The notes under the pieces: model-generated | What the model saw: only the letters and a program-made list of their open reading frames with translations | Databases searched by the model: none | Told to the model about the DNA's origin: nothing | Program-made: the position numbers and the translations under genes | Shown here: positions 29,359 to 38,102 of the stretch, one piece after another | Layout of the letters: each line of letters starts with the position of its first letter | Position numbering within the stretch: position 1 is the first letter of the stretch | Origin: an uncultured Candidatus Bathyarchaeia archaeon | GTDB lineage: Archaea; Thermoproteota; Bathyarchaeia; RBG-16-48-13; GCA-020345945 | Direction: 5' to 3' | NCBI GenBank assembly: GCA_964596985.1 | Contig: CAZQWG010000001.1 | Location: 396,977 to 460,976 of the forward strand | DNA length: 64,000 nucleotides

Positions 29359-31227
29359 ATGGTAGGAGGATACGCAGGAAAGTTCTTGGACGTCGATCTC
29401 TCCGCTGGAAAGACGAAGGAGACACAATTTTCAGAAGAAATCCTCAGCCAGTATATCGGTGGAAGGGGACTCGCCGCACGGATACTGTGGGACAGGGTAG
29501 GCTCAAAATGGGAGTCGATAGACCCTCTCGGCCCAGAGAATCTCTTCCTCACATTGGCCGGCCCCCTCACAGGATACTTTCACGGCGCGAGGATCTGCGC
29601 AACAGGCAAGTCGCCTCAAAGCAACGGAATCGTCGGTTCCACGGTCAGCGGGGAATTCCCGATCGAACTCAAGTGCGCAGGCTGGGATGGGGTCATAGTC
29701 TCTGGGAAGGCTGAATCACCAGTCTACCTATTGATAGACAACGAGAACGTGGAGATAAGAGACGCAAAACACCTTTGGGGCCTAGAAGGCAAGGAGACGC
29801 TCAAGACCCTTACGAAAGGGGTGAAGGAAGAACTCGACAAACGCTACAAACGGCTCGGCATACAGAAGGAGCCAGCGATGCTCTATATCGGCCCAGCAGG
29901 AGAGAACAGTATCAGAACCGCCGCGGTCCTCCAGAAATGGAGCCACGCCGCAGGGTACGGAGGATACGGGGCTGTGATGGGATCCAAGAATCTGAAGGCA
30001 ATAGTAGCCAAAGGAACCGGCCCCCTACCCGAAGTCGCGAAGCCAGTACAGGTTCTTAGACTTATGGAGGAGACGGAAGAACTCTCCTACACGAGAAGAC
30101 GTCTACGCCGTTGGGGAACAGGATACGCAGGATACGAGGTCGGGGCAGACAGGAACTCAGAGCCGGTGAGAAACTGGCAAGAGGAATGGCACGACGAAAA
30201 GTCGATGGGAGGCACCAACTTCGACCTCAGACACTGGGTGAAACGCTACTGGGCAGACTACGGATGCGCGATCTCCTGCATGAAGCTCGCAGTGGTCAAG
30301 GTGGGTCCCTACAAAGGAGCCATCTCGGACAACCCCGACTATGAGTTGGAGGCCTATCTTGGACCAAACCTCGGCGTCTTCGACCCAGCAGCTGTACTAT
30401 ACCTTTCATCCCTCATAGAGGAGCTCGGATACTCAGGGATCAACGGACCCAACACACTGGCCTTCGCCATCGAACTCTACCAGCGCGGAATCCTGACAAA
30501 GGAGGATCTGGGAGGATTGGAGTTGAAGTGGGGAGACGTCAAATCCATCGAAGAACTGGCAAGAGGAATAGTGACGAGGGAAGGGAAGTTCTTTGACGCC
30601 CTCGCCGAGGGAACGTATAGGGCAGCCTTGAAGATATCTGAGATGAAAGGGGTAGACGTTACACCCTACGCGGTCACCGTCAAGGGAGTGGAGGTAGGTG
30701 CCCACGGAACACGGAGCAACCTAGACTACACAAAGGACATCTGCTACGCATGCTCGGTCCAAGGAGGCGACCATACATCTACAATCTCCGACGGCTATAA
30801 CGACCTCGAAACGGTGTTCGCGGACTCAGCCGTCTACTGCAATGTCATTGGATGGGGAGGAGGACTGGAAGATCTCCAATGGAGGTTCCTCCGAGCAGTC
30901 ACAGGATGGAACACGACAGACGAAGACTGGAAGACGACTCTAGGACCCCGAATCGTACACATTCAGAGAGCCGCGGAACTCATCGGGGGACCCGATGTCA
31001 ACTGGCGACCACCCAAAGACGACGACAACCCCAAGAGATTCTATGAGCCACTACCGTCCGGACCCTACAAGGGGCAGACAACAGACCGCGAATTCGTGGA
31101 CCAAAGAAGACTCGAATACTACGAGGCTATCGGATGGGACAAGAACGGAATACCTAAACCTGATGTCTTGAAGAAACTAGGATTGCAGGATGTGGACAAA
31201 GCACTAGACAAAGTAAGGGGCAAGTGA
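29359..31227 (+). CDS. aor: tungsten-dependent aldehyde:ferredoxin oxidoreductase family protein
   Basis: 622 aa. GGRGLAARILW, SPQSNG, GYGGYGAVMGSKNLKAI and DxxxC motifs are typical of the AOR family. Confidence 0.9.
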   Translation: MVGGYAGKFLDVDLSAGKTKETQFSEEILSQYIGGRGLAARILWDRVGSKWESIDPLGPENLFLTLAGPLTGYFHGARICATGKSPQSNGIVGSTVSGEFPIELKCAGWDGVIVSGKAESPVYLLIDNENVEIRDAKHLWGLEGKETLKTLTKGVKEELDKRYKRLGIQKEPAMLYIGPAGENSIRTAAVLQKWSHAAGYGGYGAVMGSKNLKAIVAKGTGPLPEVAKPVQVLRLMEETEELSYTRRRLRRWGTGYAGYEVGADRNSEPVRNWQEEWHDEKSMGGTNFDLRHWVKRYWADYGCAISCMKLAVVKVGPYKGAISDNPDYELEAYLGPNLGVFDPAAVLYLSSLIEELGYSGINGPNTLAFAIELYQRGILTKEDLGGLELKWGDVKSIEELARGIVTREGKFFDALAEGTYRAALKISEMKGVDVTPYAVTVKGVEVGAHGTRSNLDYTKDICYACSVQGGDHTSTISDGYNDLETVFADSAVYCNVIGWGGGLEDLQWRFLRAVTGWNTTDEDWKTTLGPRIVHIQRAAELIGGPDVNWRPPKDDDNPKRFYEPLPSGPYKGQTTDREFVDQRRLEYYEAIGWDKNGIPKPDVLKKLGLQDVDKALDKVRGK

Positions 31228-31292
31228 AAACTCCACCCTTCCCCTTTATTCTTTGCTCGACCTAAGAATCTCATCTGAACCAGTAGCCCAAG

Positions 31293-32288
31293 TTAAAGTT
31301 CTAGATCTGATAAAGGTGGGGGAGCAGTAAGATCGACTAAGCTTTCTAAGATTGAACAAGCCTCACTTGGAGGAAGTACGTTAAGCTCTCTTTGGCAACT
31401 ATAGACAAGCTTCTTTATTGCTTTCTCATAGCCAACCAAGCCATCGGCTTCGTATGTGATTTTGAAGAGTTCCTTCGCCGCACCTTCCTGGATTTTCGAT
31501 CTGCGGAGTAGCGATTCTATTCTCTTCCTATTCGTTAGGTTATTCAATGCGTAGAGTATGGGTAGGGGTAAGTGTTCATACTTTATACGGTGTGGAAGTT
31601 CCCTTCTGAAGTCCAACATATCAGCGAGGTCATCTCTTAGTATAGCAATCATTCCAAGGGCTCTTCCATACCTTGCTAAAGCCTCTGTCTCTGTTTCTGA
31701 TCCTCCACCGAGAATCGACCCAATTCTCATATAGGCTTCAACGTCAGCAGCCTTCATTCGAGTTAGGCGAAGATACCTTCTGGGAGTTATATCTATCCTT
31801 CCACGGAGTTCAAGCTCTCCGGCTTCTGCATTGCTCAGCTCTAGCAGGAGGTTTTTAATCACAACCAAAATCGACTGAACTTTCCCAGGTGAGAGACCAC
31901 AGTCAATGAGGTTGGATGCTAGAGAGACAAAACCTTTCACGAATAGTATATCACCGAGAATTAAAGTGACCTCGATACCTCTCGCTCCCAGTACAGTCTG
32001 CCCATGATCCTTTCTTGGGGATTGGTCGATGATGTCATCGTGAATGTCGATTCCAGCACCTACAAGGATCAAGGAAGATGCTATGTCTTTGGTCAGTGTG
32101 GGATCTCCGCCTACCACCTCGCAAGCCAGAGACATTAATGCTGGTCTAGTGTAATCTTTCCAGTAAGAGAATAAATGTGAAAGTGCTGACCTACACATCT
32201 TATCGGAAACATTCTCTTTTGCCCACGATTCTGCTCGTCTCAATGATAATAGACTTCGCTCGGTGAGATTATCCTTAACTCTTGCCAT
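31293..32288 (-). CDS. polyprenyl (geranylgeranyl) diphosphate synthase family protein
   Basis: First Asp-rich motif IHDDIIDQS and second motif RDDLADM. Confidence 0.85.
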   Translation of the reverse strand: MARVKDNLTERSLLSLRRAESWAKENVSDKMCRSALSHLFSYWKDYTRPALMSLACEVVGGDPTLTKDIASSLILVGAGIDIHDDIIDQSPRKDHGQTVLGARGIEVTLILGDILFVKGFVSLASNLIDCGLSPGKVQSILVVIKNLLLELSNAEAGELELRGRIDITPRRYLRLTRMKAADVEAYMRIGSILGGGSETETEALARYGRALGMIAILRDDLADMLDFRRELPHRIKYEHLPLPILYALNNLTNRKRIESLLRRSKIQEGAAKELFKITYEADGLVGYEKAIKKLVYSCQRELNVLPPSEACSILESLVDLTAPPPLSDLEL

Positions 32289-32511
32289 GAAAATTCCTGC
32301 CTATTATATCATGTTTTCACAATGAAAAAGAAATAAGAAAAGACTGTCCCCTATTCGTTTGCCCTCGATGTTCTTGGCAATAAAGTGGAATGCTCTCTTG
32401 AAGTCTAAAGCTTCTAACCCCAGGGTCTTATGGGTGATTTGGTGAGCCATCTTGCTAAGGCTGAAATACTCATATGTTTTTCACCTCCCCACCAGTCTTC
32501 AAAATCTCGTT

Positions 32512-32531
32512 TGTATTCGTGTTGAACACAA
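32512..32531 (+). promoter_or_regulatory. 20-bp operator-like motif TGTATTCGTGTTGAACACAA, 44 nt upstream of the MFS ATG
   Basis: Exact copy, in gene-relative orientation, of the motif at 35620-35639. The core GTGTTGAACAC is a near-palindrome. Confidence 0.55.
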
Positions 32532-32574
32532 CTACAATAATGAAATATAAGGGTTGCTAAAGGATGATTTCATA

Positions 32575-33816
32575 ATGAGGATTCCTTACACAGAAGATAT
32601 TCAGGTATCTCGGGGCAGATTCATCATAGTTGCAAGCCTGATATCGAACTCCATTTCTTGGTACTACCTAATGGCTAACTACTTGGAATTGCTCCTGACC
32701 GACCCGAATCTTCCTTTCGACTACCTGCGGAATGAGACTATCCTTGCGAGTTTCCTTTTCTCAATACCTCTTTCGTCCATGATTGCAGAAATCATATTGG
32801 CAAGGGTCAAAACGAAAACCATTCTATTTTATTGGATTATTGTTGACATTGCTACATTGCTGTTGCCTAACCTTTTCAGATTAAGAGCCAACATTGAATT
32901 TTTGGTCTTCGCTGTATTGTTGGGTTTTTCTATCGGGTTCGGTTTTCCTCGATGTCTCACATACTTCAGTGATTCTACTTCAATGGAAGAGAGAGGACGC
33001 GTAGGAGGAATCATAATTTTCTTGACGTATGTTTTGACCCCCTTGATTCTTGCGGCAACTCAAAGTCTTGATTCTTCGGTACGTCTAATAGTATATTCGG
33101 GGTGGAGAGGACTAGGACTCGCTACAATACCCTTCATTGGGACGGCTGCATACAGCGAGCCGGTAGAGAATGCAACAACTGATAGATTACGAACCCCACA
33201 ATGGAGAAGACTCATCCTCTACCTTATTCCTTGGATGGCTTTCAGTCTTATTGATGGCGTAGACACACAGATCCTCAAGAATATCTATCCACAAGAGAAG
33301 TTTGAAATGGGGAGAATGCTGGCCTATATAACTGGTAGTTTTTCCGCGATATTAGGCGGAGTGGCAATAGATCTTATTGGTCGTCGGACAAGCATAATCT
33401 TTGCCATGGTTACTCTTGGTCTGGGATTCATTGCCGTGAGCCTAGCTCAAGCTTCCTTGGCATCATGGCTGGCATTCTGGATTGCTGAGGGTATTGCATG
33501 GGGTGTCTTATCCATCACATACGTCTTAGTCATTTGGGGGGACCTTGGATCAAAGGATGATATGGGGAAATACTATGCAATTGGAACGATCCCCTTTTTT
33601 CTCTCTCGGGCTCTAGGATTCGTTCTCAAACCTAAGTTTTCCCAATTCTCTTCAACACATCTTTTTTCAATAGTCATTCTTCTAAACTTTCTAGCAGTGA
33701 TTCCCCTACTTTTTGCAGAAGAGGTTCTGCCATCGAAGACTAGAGAGCAGAGAAAAATGAGGGAATATATAAGAAGTGCCAAACGGCTGGTGGAACAAGA
33801 CAAGGGGGGGAGTTAG
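32575..33816 (+). CDS. MFS-type transporter
   Basis: About 12 predicted TM segments with an MFS-like organisation. The start is taken at ATG 32575; the listed ORF starts at TTG 32554. Confidence 0.7.
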   Translation: MRIPYTEDIQVSRGRFIIVASLISNSISWYYLMANYLELLLTDPNLPFDYLRNETILASFLFSIPLSSMIAEIILARVKTKTILFYWIIVDIATLLLPNLFRLRANIEFLVFAVLLGFSIGFGFPRCLTYFSDSTSMEERGRVGGIIIFLTYVLTPLILAATQSLDSSVRLIVYSGWRGLGLATIPFIGTAAYSEPVENATTDRLRTPQWRRLILYLIPWMAFSLIDGVDTQILKNIYPQEKFEMGRMLAYITGSFSAILGGVAIDLIGRRTSIIFAMVTLGLGFIAVSLAQASLASWLAFWIAEGIAWGVLSITYVLVIWGDLGSKDDMGKYYAIGTIPFFLSRALGFVLKPKFSQFSSTHLFSIVILLNFLAVIPLLFAEEVLPSKTREQRKMREYIRSAKRLVEQDKGGS

Positions 33817-34583
33817 AACTTCTCGAGTTTCTCAACGACCGATGTCAAGTGCTTCACAATCGGATGGCTCGGGTGTTGCTGGACAAAGATCGACTCCCCA
33901 ACAAGAGAGAGGACGTCACAGCTACAAGGGATAGCCTCGATTACAGGGAACCTGAAGATCGAACCGAATTTCTTCACTGTTCGAGGGTCGACGTCTATCG
34001 AGGGTCCCCCCGTAGGCACCTTGTTGATTATGATTCCCGTCTTTCGTTCGAGGGTCTCATAGACCCCCTTTATCAATTCCGAGGTCCCTTCGACATCGCC
34101 TCTGTCAGGCGTTGTGACAAGCACGGCAACATCCGAGCTTATGATAGCGTTGACCGAGGAGTACTGAAATCCTGGACTCGTATCGAATATGACATAATCC
34201 ACCTCAAATTTCTTGGACAGGGTCTCTAAGGAATTGTTGATTAGACGAAGAGATTTCATCTGCCACTTTCTGTCTCTCGTTACAATTTCGCTTATTCCCT
34301 CGGTTGAAGGGTCTGCGAGTCCAACATAGAGCCTACCTGGAAGAGAGAGTTCTTCGGTAGCGTCGGAGATGGATGCGCCGATCTCGCATCGTCCATCCAA
34401 GAGGTCATTCAGCGAGAAATTGGCTCTGTCAACGTTGAAGAAGGAGTGGAGACTCGGGGCCCGGAAGTCGAAGTCAAGCAGACACACATTGCGTCCTTTC
34501 TTGGCGTAGAGGACGGCTAGATTCGTCGAGATGAATGTCTTCCCTGTTCCACCTTTGTAAGAATGGAATGCAAATGATTTCAA
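33813..34583 (-). CDS. ParA/MinD-family P-loop ATPase
   Basis: Deviant Walker A SYKGGTGKT, LLDFDFRAPS and FDTSPG. It starts 7 nt downstream of a wHTH gene. Confidence 0.85.
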   Translation of the reverse strand: MKSFAFHSYKGGTGKTFISTNLAVLYAKKGRNVCLLDFDFRAPSLHSFFNVDRANFSLNDLLDGRCEIGASISDATEELSLPGRLYVGLADPSTEGISEIVTRDRKWQMKSLRLINNSLETLSKKFEVDYVIFDTSPGFQYSSVNAIISSDVAVLVTTPDRGDVEGTSELIKGVYETLERKTGIIINKVPTGGPSIDVDPRTVKKFGSIFRFPVIEAIPCSCDVLSLVGESIFVQQHPSHPIVKHLTSVVEKLEKF

Positions 34584-34590
34584 TCTCTAC

Positions 34591-34977
34591 TCACTTCTCC
34601 ACGCGGAAATAGACATCCCTGCCTTTCCGCCTTTTTGTGACGTATCTCATCGTGTAGAGCTGGTTCAAGTAACCGCTCTCGACGGCTCTAGCCCTCCCAG
34701 TCTTCTCTGCAATCTGTTCGGCGGTCGCTTCGCCTTCCTTGCACAGCATCATCGCTGTCTTTCTGAGATGATCAGGAAGGGAGAGAAGGGTAACGACATC
34801 AAGCGGATAGTCCTTGAGATCTCCTGCCTCGATATAGTCTGATTTCCCCGACTCAAGACTGGAAAGTATCTCATCCTGTTTCTTGGAGAGCTTACCTAGA
34901 TTGCGATCAATCCTCTTCAGGCTCTCACTAATTTCTTCAAGGAGGTCCATCACATTGTCCTTTTGTCTCGTTCCCAT
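34591..34977 (-). CDS. coiled-coil + winged-helix DNA-binding protein (paralog 1)
   Basis: 128 aa. The C-terminal LLSLPDHLRKT..GEATAEQIAEKTGRARAVESGYLNQLYTMRYV..RKGR..YF is shared with 35181..35576. Confidence 0.6.
   Translation of the reverse strand: MGTRQKDNVMDLLEEISESLKRIDRNLGKLSKKQDEILSSLESGKSDYIEAGDLKDYPLDVVTLLSLPDHLRKTAMMLCKEGEATAEQIAEKTGRARAVESGYLNQLYTMRYVTKRRKGRDVYFRVEK
34640..34703 (-). repeat. 64-nt segment 62/64 identical to 35245-35308 inside the two wHTH paralogs
   Basis: Direct nucleotide comparison finds mismatches only at positions 15 and 48. The flanking coding sequence is much more diverged. Confidence 0.85.
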
Positions 34978-35180
34978 GTCCTCGACCAGACTTCCATCGA
35001 TAATGAATGAGGTCCTCGCCTAGGTTCCAATGAACTTATGTATTTAAGTTGAACTTATAAACTAAACTCAATCCCCGCACTAGCACAATCTCTCCGCTTT
35101 GAATCCTTTTTAATGCAAATGGCGGTCAGCAGAGAAGAAACTCGTTGAGCGAGATCCCTAATCAAAGCCAAAAGGGGGAC

Positions 35181-35576
35181 CTAATTACCTAAACAACAGT
35201 TGTGGACAGAAAAGTGGACAGAGCGGCCTTTCCGTTTCTTCTTAACGTATCTCATCGTATAGAGCTGGTTCAAGTAACCGCTCTCGACGGCCCTAGCCCT
35301 CCCAGTCTCTTTCGCGATTTCAGCAGCAGTCGCCTCCCCCCTTCCACGTAGTGCAATCACCGTTTTTCTAAGGTGATCCGGAAGAGAGAGAAGGGTATAG
35401 ATATCAGTCGAAGACATACCATCGACTTCGGCCTTGCCGGGAAGCAGAGCATCAGCCTCAGCTCTTTGAGGGGAGGCATATTGAGTATTGACAAGGTCAT
35501 CGATTCGATTGTCTAATCTTCTAAGGGTTTCTCGAATTTCCAGAAGAAGCAAAGGAAGTGAATCAGCGGTTCTCAT
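35181..35576 (-). CDS. coiled-coil + winged-helix DNA-binding protein (paralog 2)
   Basis: 131 aa with the same C-terminal wHTH module. The N-terminal halves have diverged. Confidence 0.6.
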   Translation of the reverse strand: MRTADSLPLLLLEIRETLRRLDNRIDDLVNTQYASPQRAEADALLPGKAEVDGMSSTDIYTLLSLPDHLRKTVIALRGRGEATAAEIAKETGRARAVESGYLNQLYTMRYVKKKRKGRSVHFSVHNCCLGN

Positions 35577-35619
35577 GGTTTGATCACAGTATTTTTTTCT
35601 TCTTCCTAGTTTTAAGTAT

Positions 35620-35639
35620 TTGTGTTCAACACGAATACA
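35620..35639 (-). promoter_or_regulatory. second exact copy of the 20-bp motif, 44 nt upstream of wHTH paralog 2
   Basis: The reverse complement of 35620-35639 equals 32512-32531, with the same spacing to the start codon. A degenerate copy (ATGTATTTAAGTTGAACTTAT) lies at 35038-35058. Confidence 0.55.
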
Positions 35640-35753
35640 GATATTGGTTTAGTGTGATGACTCGGATTCGCATGAATCAAGACAGTTCTTGACAAAAATG
35701 GCTAGTGGACCGTCCGGTCCACGAATAGATATTGGATTGCTTGCCCTCAAGAA

Positions 35754-36884
35754 CTACCACTCCAATTTCATCTGCTCAAGTCTTTCACTCTTCCCAGTCT
35801 CCAAGAATTCTCTTATCATTCCTGAAATGCTCTCTCCTACTCCAGGAATCGTTTTCAGCTCATTCTTCTTGTGCAGGTGTCGAATGCTCTGATCAAGCTT
35901 CTCAATGTTCTGGGCAGCCTTGTGATACGCCCAAGCAGCGTAAGTGTTCCCGGTCCTCATTTCCTTGAAGTAGGCGTAGAGCAAGAGCAGATTGGCGATG
36001 TCAAAATTCTCTCTCAAAGGCTTGTCGAAATTCGGTGGGGTAATATGCAATGGAATTTCGTATTCTTTGGACAGCGCGAAGAGCTTTCTGTTCATGTTGA
36101 CTACGTACTGACCGTTTGGACTCTGCGAATCACCGTAAAGCCTTTCATACTTCTCCATGAGATGCGGCCAGTTCTCCTTTAGAAGTCCAAGGAAACGGAT
36201 CTTCTGATTGCTTCTAAGAGTCATGCTTCCCGGAAGGATGTACTGGGCCTCGCTTTCGGAAGCCTGTCCAATCACGTCTCGCATATTCTCTTCGTTATCA
36301 CAGATGTAGGGTATGATGGGTGTGAAATCAACACCCGACCGAATGCCTAGACCCGATAATCTTCGAACGACTCCGAACCTCTTTTCCGGTGGTGGAGCAA
36401 AGGGCTCCAAGAAGGGAACCAGATTCTTGTCCTGTGTTATGATGGTGACAGAGACCGTGCACCACGAATTCCTCGATATCTCAGACAGGATATCTGCATC
36501 TCTCAGTATCAGATCCGATTTGGTGACTATGTGAACAGGAAAGCAGTGGTCCCTCATTATCTCAAGAATCCTTCTCGTAATTCTGTACTTCTTTTCGGCG
36601 GGTTGGTAGGCATCCGTCACACCTCCTAGCGAAATCACGTCCCTCTCCGCTGTCTTGAGTTCCCTCTCAAGCAGTTCTGGCGCGTTTGCCTTGACGTATA
36701 TTATCCTCGAGAAGTCCTCCCAGTCTTTGTGCACCAGATACTTCTCGGTGATGGCGTCGCAGTAGTTGCAGGCGAATTGGCATCCCCGGTAGGGGTTTAC
36801 GCTGTATCTACACCAGAACCAGTTGTCGCGGTATTTGTGCCTGTTCAGAACCTTCTTTGCTTTCAGTTCTCTGTATTCGACCAT
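35754..36884 (-). CDS. radical SAM protein (SplB / DNA-repair-photolyase-like, COG1533 type) fused to a PolX 8-kDa-like HhH domain
   Basis: The CQFACNYC cluster motif is near the N-terminus. The C-terminal ~110 aa (..AWAYHKAAQNIEKL..LKTIPGVGESISGMIREFLETGKSERLEQ) resembles the N-terminal 8-kDa domain of family X polymerases. Confidence 0.75.
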   Translation of the reverse strand: MVEYRELKAKKVLNRHKYRDNWFWCRYSVNPYRGCQFACNYCDAITEKYLVHKDWEDFSRIIYVKANAPELLERELKTAERDVISLGGVTDAYQPAEKKYRITRRILEIMRDHCFPVHIVTKSDLILRDADILSEISRNSWCTVSVTIITQDKNLVPFLEPFAPPPEKRFGVVRRLSGLGIRSGVDFTPIIPYICDNEENMRDVIGQASESEAQYILPGSMTLRSNQKIRFLGLLKENWPHLMEKYERLYGDSQSPNGQYVVNMNRKLFALSKEYEIPLHITPPNFDKPLRENFDIANLLLLYAYFKEMRTGNTYAAWAYHKAAQNIEKLDQSIRHLHKKNELKTIPGVGESISGMIREFLETGKSERLEQMKLEW

Positions 36885-37079
36885 TGTGAGACCGTTCCAA
36901 GTATCTGCGTCGGGCTTTTTGCTCTTTAGCTATCTGATAAGGGCGGTGATTTATGCTGCTGCACTTGAAATGGAAAGGAAAGGGGAGACTTCAGAATCTT
37001 TTTTGAAGGACATATGATTGTCAATATAGAAATGATCTATTATTGGTAGTAGTACAGATACTGACAAGGTGGATAACAT

Positions 37080-37571
37080 TTGGGAGATAGGGAACCGGAG
37101 ATTTCTGGTCATATAGAGATTAGTGGTAAGGGGCGCCTCGATTTCCAAGGCAATACAGACGAGGTAATGAGTGCTATTCTGAGATTCTTGTCTGAGATCT
37201 ATCCTGCCTACAAGGTTGTCTCTGATATTACAATCAGTCTGGATCTTGAAGAACTGATGCGGGTTTTGAAGGGATTTGTTGGCGTATCCGATGAGGGGGT
37301 GGTGATCCTGAGGACGGATCTATCTGCCGATATGGCGATTATGCTTTGCCTAGTTGGATCTTACGTTTCGAATAGAATTGGAAAAGCAGATAAGTCAACG
37401 TTGACGACCGCCGATATTGCCAAGCTGGTTGGAAAAGCCGCCAAGACGATAAGAAACGAGATGCCAAGTCTGCTGAGGAAAGGATGGATAGACCGCGTTG
37501 AAAGAGGAGAGTATAGGGCTACAACGAATGGTATCGTACAGTTGCAAGACAAGATTCGATCAGGATTCTAA
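37080..37571 (+). CDS. small protein with an N-terminal beta-rich module and a C-terminal wHTH (trio member A)
   Basis: HIEISGKGRLDFQGNTDEVMSAIL at the N-terminus and LTTADIAKLVG..LLRKGWIDRVERGEY at the C-terminus. The TTG start is uncertain. Confidence 0.5.
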   Translation: MGDREPEISGHIEISGKGRLDFQGNTDEVMSAILRFLSEIYPAYKVVSDITISLDLEELMRVLKGFVGVSDEGVVILRTDLSADMAIMLCLVGSYVSNRIGKADKSTLTTADIAKLVGKAAKTIRNEMPSLLRKGWIDRVERGEYRATTNGIVQLQDKIRSGF

Positions 37572-37583
37572 GGAGTAGATGGT

Positions 37584-38027
37584 ATGACGGAAGAACGTTT
37601 CTCGATGAGGGTGCGGATTGGGAACTGCGAGATCGAACTGGACGGAAAGAAAGATGAGGTTATGGCAACTCTAGATGAATTGCCTAGGATCGTGGAAATG
37701 GTTTCCAAGAGTTTCAAGATTGCTGGAAAGGAGAATGTTAGAATCGCTCCAATGGAAGACGAACTCAAACAGATCACGCTTGTTGAATCGCCGGAGATGA
37801 TCCCGACCATTCCCAAGCCATCAGGGCCGTCGGACGCGATAATAAAACTGCTATCGACAGAATGGGGAAGAAAGCCTCGTACCTGGCAAGAAATCAATGA
37901 AGCGCTAGTGACAAACGCGATCTACTATTCGAAAGGGTCGATTACAGGTACCTTGACGAATTTGACAAAGAAGAATAAGTTACGCAGAATAAGAACAGAG
38001 CAGGGATATGGCTACGTTCTAGCATAG
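37584..38027 (+). CDS. small protein with an N-terminal beta-rich module and a C-terminal wHTH (trio member B)
   Basis: MRVRIGNCEIELDGKKDEVMATL at the N-terminus and WQEINEAL..TGTLTNLTKKNKLRRI..GYGYVLA at the C-terminus. Confidence 0.5.
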   Translation: MTEERFSMRVRIGNCEIELDGKKDEVMATLDELPRIVEMVSKSFKIAGKENVRIAPMEDELKQITLVESPEMIPTIPKPSGPSDAIIKLLSTEWGRKPRTWQEINEALVTNAIYYSKGSITGTLTNLTKKNKLRRIRTEQGYGYVLA

Positions 38028-38102
38028 CATATGTCCAATCTTTGGAGAATTACCGTCCATACGGTAATGTAGGTGACTACCCCTGATGATCGATAGACTG
38101 CA

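Noticed and set aside
32512-35639. The inverted 20-bp repeats as terminal inverted repeats of a 3.1-kb mobile element.
   Set aside because: No transposase lies between them. Each copy sits exactly 44 nt upstream of a start codon, and the core is itself palindromic. An operator interpretation fits better.
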